DNA of 64,000 nucleotides, taken from the NCBI GenBank assembly GCA_012521815.1, contig JAAYLR010000030.1, forward strand, positions 5,434-69,433, given 5' to 3'. This document shows positions 55,317 to 64,000 of the stretch, piece after piece. The translations under genes and the position numbers were made by a program. The notes under the pieces are model-generated. The model did no database searches and was not told the origin of the DNA. It saw nothing but the letters and a program-made list of their open reading frames with translations. The stretch comes from Acidobacteriota bacterium. GTDB taxonomy: Bacteria; Acidobacteriota; Thermoanaerobaculia; Multivoradales; JAGPDF01. Position 1 is the first letter of the stretch. The number at the start of each line of letters is the position of its first letter.

Positions 55317-58300
55317 ATGCGCCGCCTTGCCAGCCTCACGCTGCCGCCCCTCGTTCTCGCGACCGTCCTGCTGCTCCTCGCCGCCGCCCACCCGGCGGCT
55401 GCCGACGAGCCGCCCCGGCTCCTGCGCCAGCCCACCCTCTCGGCCCACGAGATCGCCTTCGCCTTCGCCGGCGACCTCTGGGTGGCTCCCCGCGCCGGCG
55501 GGGAGGCACGGCAACTGACCACCCACCCCGGGCTGGAGCGGGATCCGGTCTTCTCCCCCGACGGCAGCCGGATCGCCTTCACCGGCGAGATCGACGGCAA
55601 CGTGGACGTCTACGTCGTGCCCACCGCCGGCGGCGCGCCGCAGCGGCTGACCTGGCACCCCGGCCCCGATCAGGTCGTCGGCTGGAGCCCGGACGGGAGC
55701 CGGATCCTCTTCCGCAGCGCCCGGGACAGCGCCAGCCGCGGCACCCGGCTCTGGTCGGTTCCCGCCACCGGCGGCTGGCCCGAGCGGCTGCCGCTCCCCG
55801 AGGCGTTCTGGGGCACCTACTCCCCGGACGGCGCCCGGCTCGCCTACATGCCGTACGAGCGGAGCCAGCTCTCCTGGAAGCGGTACCGCGGCGGCCAGGT
55901 GACCCACACCTGGATCGTCGATCTCGCGAGCCTCGCGGTCGAGGCGGTGCCGCACGGCAACGCGAACGACTCCTACCCCTCCTGGGCCGAGGACGGCCGG
56001 ATCTACTTCCTCTCCGACCGGGAGGGCGCGGTCACCCTCTTCCGCTTCGACCCCGCGACGAAGGGGACGGAGCGGGTCTTCACGAACGACGGGTTCGATC
56101 TGAAGAACGCCCGGCCCGGCCCCGGCGCCGTCGTCTTCGAGCGGTTCGGCGAGATCGGCCTCTACGACCTCGCGAGCGGCCGGGTGAGCTTCCCCGAGAT
56201 CCGCGTCACCCCCGACCTCGCCGCGCTGCGGCCGCGCTGGACGAAGGTCGGCGACCAGGCCGGCGCCGGCGCCATCTCCCCGACCGGCGCCCGCGCCGCC
56301 TTCTCCGCTCGCGGCGAGATCTTCACGGTGCCGGCCGAGAAGGGCGACCCGCGCAACCTGAGCCGCAGCCCCGGCGCCGCCGACCGCGACCCGGCCTGGT
56401 CGCCCGACGGTCAGACGGTCGCCTGGCTCTCCGACGAGTCGGGCGAGTACGCCCTCCACCTCGCGCCGCAGAGCGGCCTCGGCGAGGTGCGGAGGATCCC
56501 GCTCGGCGAGCCGCCGTCGTTCTTCTACCGGCCGCTCTTCTCGCCCGACGGCAACTGGATCGCCCTCACCGACAAGCGGCTCAACCTCTGGGTCGTCGAG
56601 CTCGCCACCGGCGCGATGACGAAGGTGGACACCGCCACCTACGATCACCTCACCCGCGCGATCGACCCCGCCTGGTCGCCCGACTCCCGCTACCTCGCCT
56701 ACACCCGGCGCCAGCCCTCGCTCCTCCACGACGTCTACCTCTTCGACGTCGCGGCGAAGCGGACCCACCGGCTCACCGACGGCCTCGCCGACGCGACCCA
56801 GCCGGTCTTCGACGCCTCGGGCAAGTACCTCTGGTTCGCCGCCTCCACCGACTTCGGCCCGACCTCGGCCTGGCTCGACATGACCGGTGTCGAGCACCCG
56901 GTCACCCGCGCGGTCTATCTCGCGATCCTCGCGGCCGGCGAGCCGTCGCCGTTCGCCCCCGAAAGCGACGAGGAGAAGCCCGCCGCGGCCGCCGCGACGA
57001 AGGCGGCCGGCAAGGAGAAGGGGAAGAAGCCCGCCGACGCCGGCAAGCAGACCGAGGCGGAGAAGGAGAAGGAGAAGGAGAACGTCCGGGTCCAGGTCGA
57101 TCTCGACGGGATCGCCCGGCGGATCGTGCCGGTGCCCGGCATCTCGCCGCAGCACTACTACCGGCTCGCCGCCGGCAAGGCCGGCGTCCTCTTCTTCCTG
57201 CAGGCCGCCGAGCTGACGGGCGCCGACGAGGAGGGACCCTCCGCCGGTCCGCTCTGGCGCTACGAGCTCGAGAAGCGGAAGGCGACCCGGCTCGCCAACG
57301 GCATCGACGCGGTCGAGGTCTCGCGCGACGGCGAGAAGCTGCTCGTCCACTCCGGGGCGGGCTGGTCGATCCACGCCACGACCGGCGAGCTCGATCTGAG
57401 CAAGGGCAGGCTTCCCCTCGACCGCCTCGAGGTCCGGGTCGATCCGCCCGCCGAGTGGCGGCAGATCCACCACGAGGCGTGGCGCCTGGAGCGCGACTTC
57501 CTCTACGACCCCGGCTTCCACGGCCTCGACCTGAGAGCTACCGAAACGCGGTACGCCCGCTGGCTCGACGGCCTCGCCCATCGCGACGACCTCAACTACC
57601 TGCTCGTCGAAGGGCTCGGCGAGCTCAGCCTCGGCCACGTCTACGTCGGCGGCGGCGACCTGCCCGAGCCGCCGCGCGTCAAGGGGGGCCTCCTCGGCGC
57701 CGACTGGGAGGTCGCCAACGGCCGCTACCGGATCGCGCGGATCTACTCGGGCGAGAGCTGGAACCCCGGCCTCGTCGCCCCGCTCGACCGCCCCGGCGTG
57801 GACGCCCGGGTGGGCGACTACCTGATCGCGGTCGAGGGGCGCGAGCTGCGGGCGAGCGACTCCCTCTACGCCGCCTTCGAAGCGACCGCCGGCCGTGCGG
57901 TGCGGATCCGGCTCGCCGCCGACCCGGAGGGGAAGGGGGCGCGCGAGGCGACGGTGACCCCGGTCGAAAGCGAGATGGGGCTCCGCTACCGCGGCTGGGT
58001 CGAGGACAACCGCCGCCGCGTCGAGGAGCGCTCCGGCGGCCGCCTCGGCTACCTCCACCTGCCCAACACCGCGGGCGCCGGCTACACCTCGTTCAACCGG
58101 TACTTCTACCCGCAGATCGACCGCGACGGGCTCGTCGTCGACGAGCGGAACAACGGCGGCGGGCTGATCGCCGACCACATCGTGGAGGTCCTCGGCCGGC
58201 GTCCGCTCTGGGCCGTCGCGACCCGCGAAGGGATCCCGATGCGCTCCCCCGCCGGCGCCCTCTACGGCCCGAAGGTGATGCTGATCAACCGGCAGGCGGG

Positions 58301-58670
58301 CTCGGGCGGCGACGCCCTCCCCTGGATGTTCCGCGAGCTCGGGCTCGGCCCCCTCGTCGGCACCCGCACCTGGGGCGGGCTCGTCGGGATCTGGGACTAT
58401 CCCGGCCTGATCGACGGCGGCCGGGTCACCGCCCCGCGCGGCGGCCTCTTCACCCGCAACGGCCGCTGGGAGGTGGAGAACGTCGGCGTCGCCCCCGACT
58501 ACGAGGTCGAGCTCACCCCGCGCGACTTCGCCGCCGGCCGCGACCCGCAGCTCGAGAAGGCGATCGACCTCCTCCTCGAGGCGCTCGCCAAGGAGCCGCC
58601 GGCCCGGCCGGAGATCCCGCCCTACCCGGACTACCAGGTGAGCCCCTGGCGGACCGAAGCCACGCCGTGA
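55317..58670 (+). CDS. tricorn protease homolog / S41 family peptidase with beta-propeller and PDZ-like regions
   Basis: 1117 aa with signal peptide. The N-terminal TolB-like WD40/beta-propeller repeats are SPDGSRIAF, SPDGARLAY and SPDGNWIAL. The S41 catalytic region has GSGGDALP and VGTRTWGG. There is a Lys/Glu low-complexity insert. Confidence 0.8.
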   Translation: MRRLASLTLPPLVLATVLLLLAAAHPAAADEPPRLLRQPTLSAHEIAFAFAGDLWVAPRAGGEARQLTTHPGLERDPVFSPDGSRIAFTGEIDGNVDVYVVPTAGGAPQRLTWHPGPDQVVGWSPDGSRILFRSARDSASRGTRLWSVPATGGWPERLPLPEAFWGTYSPDGARLAYMPYERSQLSWKRYRGGQVTHTWIVDLASLAVEAVPHGNANDSYPSWAEDGRIYFLSDREGAVTLFRFDPATKGTERVFTNDGFDLKNARPGPGAVVFERFGEIGLYDLASGRVSFPEIRVTPDLAALRPRWTKVGDQAGAGAISPTGARAAFSARGEIFTVPAEKGDPRNLSRSPGAADRDPAWSPDGQTVAWLSDESGEYALHLAPQSGLGEVRRIPLGEPPSFFYRPLFSPDGNWIALTDKRLNLWVVELATGAMTKVDTATYDHLTRAIDPAWSPDSRYLAYTRRQPSLLHDVYLFDVAAKRTHRLTDGLADATQPVFDASGKYLWFAASTDFGPTSAWLDMTGVEHPVTRAVYLAILAAGEPSPFAPESDEEKPAAAAATKAAGKEKGKKPADAGKQTEAEKEKEKENVRVQVDLDGIARRIVPVPGISPQHYYRLAAGKAGVLFFLQAAELTGADEEGPSAGPLWRYELEKRKATRLANGIDAVEVSRDGEKLLVHSGAGWSIHATTGELDLSKGRLPLDRLEVRVDPPAEWRQIHHEAWRLERDFLYDPGFHGLDLRATETRYARWLDGLAHRDDLNYLLVEGLGELSLGHVYVGGGDLPEPPRVKGGLLGADWEVANGRYRIARIYSGESWNPGLVAPLDRPGVDARVGDYLIAVEGRELRASDSLYAAFEATAGRAVRIRLAADPEGKGAREATVTPVESEMGLRYRGWVEDNRRRVEERSGGRLGYLHLPNTAGAGYTSFNRYFYPQIDRDGLVVDERNNGGGLIADHIVEVLGRRPLWAVATREGIPMRSPAGALYGPKVMLINRQAGSGGDALPWMFRELGLGPLVGTRTWGGLVGIWDYPGLIDGGRVTAPRGGLFTRNGRWEVENVGVAPDYEVELTPRDFAAGRDPQLEKAIDLLLEALAKEPPARPEIPPYPDYQVSPWRTEATP

Positions 58671-58777
58671 CCGCCCCGGGCTGGCCGCCGCCGGCGGATC
58701 GCGATAGGGTCGCCCCCACCGATCCCGCCGGCGGCGTCCCCGCCGGAGACAACTGACCGGTTCCGAGGAGGCTCAGG

Positions 58778-59626
58778 ATGAAGAAGCTGTTCTCGTTTGT
58801 CCTCGCGTTCGCGCTGCTCGCCGGCGCCAGCGCCGCGTTCGCCCAGCTCGAGCTGCCGCGCCCCAGCCCGAAGGCGAGCGTCATGCAGCAGGTCGGCATC
58901 ACCGAGATGACCATCACCTACTCGCGCCCGGGAGTGAAGGGCCGCGCGATCTGGGGGGAGCTCGTCCCCTGGGGCGAAGTCTGGCGCACCGGCGCCAACG
59001 AGGCGACCACGATCACCTTCTCCACCCCGGTGACGATCGCCGGCACCGCCGTTCCGGCCGGCACCTACGGCCTCTTCACGATCCCCGGCGAGAAGGAGTG
59101 GACGGTGATCCTGAACAAGGCGGCCAAGCAGTGGGGCGCCTACGAGTACAAGCCCGAGGAGGATCTGCTCCGCTTCCCGGTCACGCCCACCGCCGCCCCG
59201 TTCACCGAGCGGCTGACCTTCACCTTCCCGAATACCACCCCGGACGGGACCGACGTGACGCTCACCTGGAAGGAGCTGGCGGTGAGCTTCCACGTCGCGG
59301 TGGACGTCCACGCCCTCGTGCTCGACGGCGTCCGCAAGGCGATCGCCGAGGCGAAGGAGGACGACTGGCGCACCCCGCTGCGGGCGGCGACCTACTGCCT
59401 CGACAACGGCGTCGGCCTCGACGAGGCGCGCGGCTGGGTCGAGCGCTCGCTCGCGGTCCAGGCCTCGATGGGCGGCCTCCTCGCCCAGGCCCGCTTCGCC
59501 GCGCTCGATGGCGACAAGGCGGCGGCGGTCAAGCTCGCCCAGCGGGCGATCGCCGTCGGCAAGCAGGCCGATCCGAAGACCGATACGACGATGGTCGAGC
59601 GCTTCATCAAGGAGTGGAGCCAGTAG
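58778..59626 (+). CDS. DUF2911 domain secreted protein
   Basis: 282 aa with signal peptide MKKLFSFVLAFALLAGASAAFA and GAGG SD. Confidence 0.65.
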   Translation: MKKLFSFVLAFALLAGASAAFAQLELPRPSPKASVMQQVGITEMTITYSRPGVKGRAIWGELVPWGEVWRTGANEATTITFSTPVTIAGTAVPAGTYGLFTIPGEKEWTVILNKAAKQWGAYEYKPEEDLLRFPVTPTAAPFTERLTFTFPNTTPDGTDVTLTWKELAVSFHVAVDVHALVLDGVRKAIAEAKEDDWRTPLRAATYCLDNGVGLDEARGWVERSLAVQASMGGLLAQARFAALDGDKAAAVKLAQRAIAVGKQADPKTDTTMVERFIKEWSQ

Positions 59627-59657
59627 CCCCGCGGCGGAACGTCCAGCTCCGCCACCT

Positions 59658-59699
59658 CCGAGGCGCCCCGCCAGCCGGCCGGGCGCCTCGGCTCTTTTC
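59658..59699 (+). terminator. rho-independent terminator after DUF2911 gene
   Basis: Stem ccgaggcgccc ... gggcgcctcgg (11 bp) followed by CTCTTTTC. Confidence 0.55.
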
Positions 59700-59740
59700 A
59701 GGCCCCGGAGCGCGGGCCGAGGCGTCGCCGGCAGGGGCGA

Positions 59741-60637
59741 TCAGGCGAGCGAGCCGCCGGCGTAGAACCGCTCGAGCCGGGCGTCTTTCTCCCGGAAGCG
59801 CTCCGCCAGCCAGGCGGCGAGCGCCTCGGGAGCCGCCGGCAGCTCGGCGAGCGGGTAGCGGCGGACGTCGAGATGCACCTCCCGCATCCGCCCCTTGGCC
59901 CACTGCCAGAGGCTCGGCAGCCCGCCGACGTAGCCGATCGTCACGTCGTAGACCGCGACGACGTGCCCCGCGAGCCCGGTGACCGAGGCGACGAACCCCT
60001 TCGCGCGCGGCAGCAGCACGTGGCGCGGCAGCTCGCGCGCCTGCGCGGCGGCGTACTCGCGCGCCTGCGCCAGCCGGGCCGCGGTGAGGCGCGTCCCCTC
60101 GACGAAGGAGACGAGCCAGACGGGCACCTTCGCCCCGCGCAGCTTCGCGAAGACCGCCTCGATCCGCTGCCGGTCGGCGGTCCAGTCCCGCTTCACGAAG
60201 AGGCAGTCGAGGAACCGCAGCCCCCAGCCGACCCCCGGCCAGTGCCGCAGCGACCGCTTCACGAACCACTTCATGTCGCCCAGGCGCCGCTCCCGCCGGG
60301 CGAGGAGGAAGAGCACCTGCACGTCGGTCATCGCCTGATGGTTGACGATCAGCAGCGCGTTCTCCCGCGGCAGCTCGGCCTCGCCGGTGAAGACCACCCG
60401 CGTGCGGTGTACGGCGAGCGTGACCCGCGCGCACGCCCCCCAGAAGGTGTTCGCCGCCCACCGGTTGAGGCGCCGGAACGAGGCGCGCGAGAACGGCCGC
60501 ACCACGAGCGAGGCGGTCTGGAGGAGGTTGAGCGCGAGCAGCGAGGAAAAGAGCGCCACCGCGACGATCACGCCGCGGCAGGCGACGAGCAGGCGCCGGG
60601 GCCAGGGGCGTTCGCGGCCGAGAGGGGGCAGAGGCAT
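59741..60637 (-). CDS. lysophospholipid acyltransferase (PlsC / LPLAT family)
   Basis: NHQAMTD (HX4D) and FVEGTR motifs. The start is taken at the second ATG (60637, GGTGGAG SD). An alternative upstream ATG at 60673 lacks an SD. Confidence 0.75.
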   Translation of the reverse strand: MPLPPLGRERPWPRRLLVACRGVIVAVALFSSLLALNLLQTASLVVRPFSRASFRRLNRWAANTFWGACARVTLAVHRTRVVFTGEAELPRENALLIVNHQAMTDVQVLFLLARRERRLGDMKWFVKRSLRHWPGVGWGLRFLDCLFVKRDWTADRQRIEAVFAKLRGAKVPVWLVSFVEGTRLTAARLAQAREYAAAQARELPRHVLLPRAKGFVASVTGLAGHVVAVYDVTIGYVGGLPSLWQWAKGRMREVHLDVRRYPLAELPAAPEALAAWLAERFREKDARLERFYAGGSLA

Positions 60638-60707
60638 CGGGTTCTCCACCGGACGCCCTGTCCGAACCGGCATCCGCAGCGAAGGGAGCCTATCCGATCC
60701 GGCCGCC

Positions 60708-61811
60708 TCAGGCCTCCGGGCTGCGCAGCGTGACGTGGTGGAGCTCGCTCCGCGCCCAGAGACGCATCCGCGGCCCCCAGGTGCCGGTGCCGCGGGAGAC
60801 GATCACGGTGGCGCCGGCCACCTCGGCGCGCCCGGAGATGACCGGGTAGGCGAGGCGGACGAACGCCCCGAACGGCCAGATCTGCCCGCCGTGGGTATGG
60901 CCCGAGAGCACGAGCCCGGCCCCTTCGCCCGCGGCCCGCTCCAGGTGGAGCGGACTGTGCGAAAGGAGCACGACCCCGCCCGGCGGACGGCCGGCGAGGG
61001 CGGCGGCGATCGCCGCGCCGTCGGGGTCGGTGCGCCGGCGCATCGTCAGATCGTCCACCCCGGCGAGCACGAGCCCCGGGCGCGGCTCGACCCACCGGTC
61101 GCGCAGCACCTCCATCCCGGCCTCCTCGAAGTTCGCCACGCTCTTCTCGACGCCGCGGAAGTACTCGTGGTTGCCGGTCACCGCCCAGACCCCGAGCGGC
61201 GCGCGGAGGCGTCCGAGCAGCGGGATCAGCTCGTGATGGTTCGGCCCGTGCCCCTCCAGGATGTCGCCGCCGACGAGGATCAGGTCGGGGGCGAGCGCGG
61301 CCACCTCCTCGACCCGCGCCGCGAGCCAGCGGGCGCCCACGAGGTTGCCGAGGTGGAGGTCGGTGAGGAGCACGAAGGTGGTGCCGTCGGCCGCCGCCGG
61401 CAGCCCCGCGAGCCGGACCTCGTGCCGGACGAGCCGCGGCGGGCGGAGCGCCTGCCCGGTGGCGACGAGGGTGAGCAGCAGCGCCACCCCGAGCGCGCCC
61501 ACCCGCACCGCCGGCGCCAGCCCCGGCGCGAAGCGCCCGAAGCCGGTCACGACTTCGGCGGCGAGCAGACAGGTGAAGGCGAGGAGGAAGAAGCCCATCC
61601 AGGTGGCGCCGATCCACTCGAGCGCCGCCGCGAGATGGCCCGGCATGGCCCACTCGACGAGGCGGGCGAGGACGTAGCTCAGCGCGAGGAAGACCGCGGC
61701 GGTGACGAGCCCCCAGCGGGGCAGCCGGCCGGCGATCCCCGGCAGGGAGGCGAGCCGCCAGACGAGATAGACGTGGGCGGCGATCCAGGATCCGAGAACG
61801 ACGAACGGCAT
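60708..61811 (-). CDS. membrane-anchored metallophosphoesterase (YkuE/calcineurin-like)
   Basis: 367 aa from the ATG at 61811 (GGAAGGAG SD). Three N-terminal TM helices, then DLHLG, GDILEGHG, GNHE and GHTHGG phosphoesterase motifs. The ORF 60708..62156 is over-extended. Confidence 0.8.
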   Translation of the reverse strand: MPFVVLGSWIAAHVYLVWRLASLPGIAGRLPRWGLVTAAVFLALSYVLARLVEWAMPGHLAAALEWIGATWMGFFLLAFTCLLAAEVVTGFGRFAPGLAPAVRVGALGVALLLTLVATGQALRPPRLVRHEVRLAGLPAAADGTTFVLLTDLHLGNLVGARWLAARVEEVAALAPDLILVGGDILEGHGPNHHELIPLLGRLRAPLGVWAVTGNHEYFRGVEKSVANFEEAGMEVLRDRWVEPRPGLVLAGVDDLTMRRRTDPDGAAIAAALAGRPPGGVVLLSHSPLHLERAAGEGAGLVLSGHTHGGQIWPFGAFVRLAYPVISGRAEVAGATVIVSRGTGTWGPRMRLWARSELHHVTLRSPEA

Positions 61812-61840
61812 CGGTGAGACTCCTTCCTTCGACCTGTCCT

Positions 61841-62569
61841 TCAACGCACCAGCGGCAGCAGCCAGCCCCGGGCCTTCTCCATCCGCCGCCGCACGATCTC
61901 GACGCGGCGGCGGTAGGCGCGGCTCTCGCTGCCCGGGTGCCACGCCGACGGCTTCGGCAGCGCCGCCGCGAGCGCCGCGGCCTCGGGCGCGGAGAGCGCG
62001 CTCGCGCTCTTGCCGAAGTACTGCCCCGCCGCCGCCTCGGCCCCGTAGAGCCCCGGACCGAGCTCCACCACGTTCAGGTAGAGCTCGAGGATCCGCGCCT
62101 TGCCGAGCGTCCGCTCGAGCTCGCGCGTGAGCAGCGCCTCCTTCGCCTTCCGCCACGGGTTGCGCGACGGCGAGAGCCAGAGGTTCTTCGCCAGCTGCTG
62201 GGTGAGCGTCGAGGCGCCGCGCGGCAGCCTGCGATCATCCCACGCCGCGGCGAGCGCCGCCTTCATCTCCCCGGTGGCGAAGCCGCGGTGGCTGAAGAAG
62301 TCGATGTCCTCGGCCACCAGCACCGCGATCTTCAGCTCCGGCGAGATCCGCCGCGCCGGCACCGGCCGCCACGCCACCCGGTCGCTCCGGCCTGCGGCGC
62401 GCTGCCGGGCGCGGTACCGCTCGATGAACGCCGTCGTCGCCGGGTCGCCCTCCCGCAGCGCCGCCACGTCTGGCCAGGTCGCCCACTCGAAGCCGGCGAA
62501 CCCGGCGAGCGCCATCGCCCCGGCGAGCGCCAGCCGCGGGAGCCACCGGAATCGCCGCTTCCCGGCCAT
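61841..62569 (-). CDS. mtgA: monofunctional biosynthetic peptidoglycan transglycosylase
   Basis: 242 aa from the ATG at 62569. Single TM, then the GT51 motifs EDIDFFSHRG and GASTLTQQLAKN. Confidence 0.8.
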   Translation of the reverse strand: MAGKRRFRWLPRLALAGAMALAGFAGFEWATWPDVAALREGDPATTAFIERYRARQRAAGRSDRVAWRPVPARRISPELKIAVLVAEDIDFFSHRGFATGEMKAALAAAWDDRRLPRGASTLTQQLAKNLWLSPSRNPWRKAKEALLTRELERTLGKARILELYLNVVELGPGLYGAEAAAGQYFGKSASALSAPEAAALAAALPKPSAWHPGSESRAYRRRVEIVRRRMEKARGWLLPLVR

Positions 62570-62617
62570 CCGGGGAGAGTATCCCGCTCCGGCGCCGCTT
62601 GCAGGTAGACTCCGCCC

Positions 62618-63511
62618 GTGCAGATCATCGTCAACCCGGCGGCGGCCGGTGGCCGGCTGGGCAGGCAGTGGCCGCGTCTCGAGCGGCGCCTCCACGACCT
62701 CGGCATCCGCCTGCCGACGGTCTGGACGGAGGCGCCCGCCCACGCCACCGAGCTCGCCGCCGCGGCGGTGCGCGACGGGTACGAGGTGGTCGTCGCCGCC
62801 GGCGGCGACGGGACGATCTGCGAGGTGCTCGAAGGGCTCCAGCAGGCCGGCGGCGGGACGCTCGCGATCCTCCCCCTCGGCACCGGCAACGACGCGGCGC
62901 GGGCGGTCGGAGTCCCCCGGCGGTTCGCGACCGCGGCGCGGCTCCTGCAGCACGGCGAGCCGCGCGCGGTGGACGTCGTGCGCGCCGGCGAGCGCTCGGT
63001 GCTCAACGCCATCGGCGTCGGGCTGCTCGGCGAGATCAACGTCAACGCCTCGCGGATGAAGGCGGTCCGCGGCATCACCGCCTACTTCACCGCCGCCTCC
63101 GCCACCCTCTTCCGCTACCGCTGCCCCGAGATCGAGCTCAGGGACGGCGACGGCTTCCACTACGCGGGCCCGATGACGATCCTCGCGATCCAGAGCGGGC
63201 CGACCACCGGCGGCGGCTTCCGCCTCTGCCCCGGCGCCCGCACCGACGACGGCGAGTTCGACATCACCCTCGTCTCCCACACCGGCGTGCCGGCGCGTCT
63301 CGGTGCCGTCACCCACGCGCTGCGCGGCACCCTCGCCCGCAAGACGTTCACCACCGAACACCGGGGCCGGCGCCTCGAGCTGCGCTGCGAGGTGCCACTC
63401 GCCTGCCACTGGGACGGCAACCCGGGCGCGATCGAGCCCCCCGGCATCGTCTTCGAGCTCCTCCCCGGCGCCCAGCAGGTCCTCCTCCCGCCCCGCCCGC
63501 CCGCGGCCTGA
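62618..63511 (+). CDS. diacylglycerol kinase catalytic-domain lipid kinase (YegS/DgkA-like)
   Basis: 297 aa with AGGDGT and LPLGTGNDAARA motifs. GTG start. Confidence 0.8.
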   Translation: MQIIVNPAAAGGRLGRQWPRLERRLHDLGIRLPTVWTEAPAHATELAAAAVRDGYEVVVAAGGDGTICEVLEGLQQAGGGTLAILPLGTGNDAARAVGVPRRFATAARLLQHGEPRAVDVVRAGERSVLNAIGVGLLGEINVNASRMKAVRGITAYFTAASATLFRYRCPEIELRDGDGFHYAGPMTILAIQSGPTTGGGFRLCPGARTDDGEFDITLVSHTGVPARLGAVTHALRGTLARKTFTTEHRGRRLELRCEVPLACHWDGNPGAIEPPGIVFELLPGAQQVLLPPRPPAA

Positions 63512-63546
63512 CGGCACGGCGCCGCTGGATTGCCTAGAATGGCCGC

Positions 63547-64000
63547 ATGAGCGAGCGAGAGACCCCGTCCGGACGCCTGATCGAGAACGAAGAAGAGCTG
63601 GCGGCGATCGTGCGCGCGATGCGCACCATCGCGGTCGTCGGCATGAAGGGGGACGACCGCCCCGACGAGTCGGCCCACGCCATCCCCGCGATGCTCCAGG
63701 CCCGCGGCTGCCGCGTGATCCCGGTCAACCCGAAGCTCGAGCGCGCCCTCGGCGAACGCGCCTGGCCCGCGCTCGCCGCCATCCCCGAGCCGTTCGACCT
63801 CGTCGACGTCTTCCGCCGGATCGACGTGATCCCGGCCCTGGCCGACGAGATCCTCGCCCTTCCCGCCGACCGCCGCCCCCGCGTCGTCTGGCTCCAGAGC
63901 GGCATCCGCCACGACGAAGCCGCCGCCCGCCTCACCGCCGCCGGCATCGACGTCGTCCAGGACGCCTGCCTCGGCATCTACGGCAGCCGCTACCTCCCGC
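63547..64000 (+). CDS. CoA-binding domain protein (YccU-like), 3' end beyond window
   Basis: MSERETPSGRLIENEEELAAIVRAMRTIAVVGMKGDDRPDESAHAIPAMLQARGCRVIPVNPK is a typical CoA-binding Rossmann N-terminus. No stop before the window end. Confidence 0.65.
   Translation, partial: MSERETPSGRLIENEEELAAIVRAMRTIAVVGMKGDDRPDESAHAIPAMLQARGCRVIPVNPKLERALGERAWPALAAIPEPFDLVDVFRRIDVIPALADEILALPADRRPRVVWLQSGIRHDEAAARLTAAGIDVVQDACLGIYGSRYLP

Noticed and set aside
1-64000. CRISPR arrays, integrases, transposases and phage genes
   Set aside because: No regularly spaced direct repeats are present. No ORF has recombinase, transposase or capsid/terminase-like sequence. The composition is uniform across the window, so there is no sign of a horizontally acquired island.

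Overview
This is a very GC-rich bacterial chromosomal segment: third codon positions are almost uniformly G/C, so most long six-frame ORFs are antisense or alternate-frame artefacts. I could support about 40 protein-coding genes. I found no rRNA, tRNA or CRISPR, and no transposase, integrase or IS-like element. Two proteins carry the N-terminal signature of the 'VWFA-related Acidobacterial domain' family, which suggests an Acidobacteria-like source. The window is largely housekeeping and envelope-related. It holds a Pat/CobB lysine-acetylation pair, a murF-aceK-icd unit, a five-gene leuB-like/HMG-CoA-lyase-like/CoA-transferase/leuC/leuD operon, transporters (OPT, AEC, NhaP, MFS), and secreted peptidases (M28, M49-like, tricorn/S41). 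The most unusual locus is a translationally coupled three-gene operon at 14789..28184. A 1741-aa secreted repeat protein with no motif I recognise precedes a thioester-containing alpha-2-macroglobulin, which precedes PBP1C. This extends the known yfhM-pbpC periplasmic module by one giant upstream gene. Second, an orphan lasso-B2-like transglutaminase-fold gene lies divergent to a coupled VWA-TPR-VWA secreted trio. I also report several strong GC-rich hairpin terminators, two perfect palindromes in 5' regions, and non-canonical start codons backed by Shine-Dalgarno motifs (CTG for NhaP, TTG for OPT).
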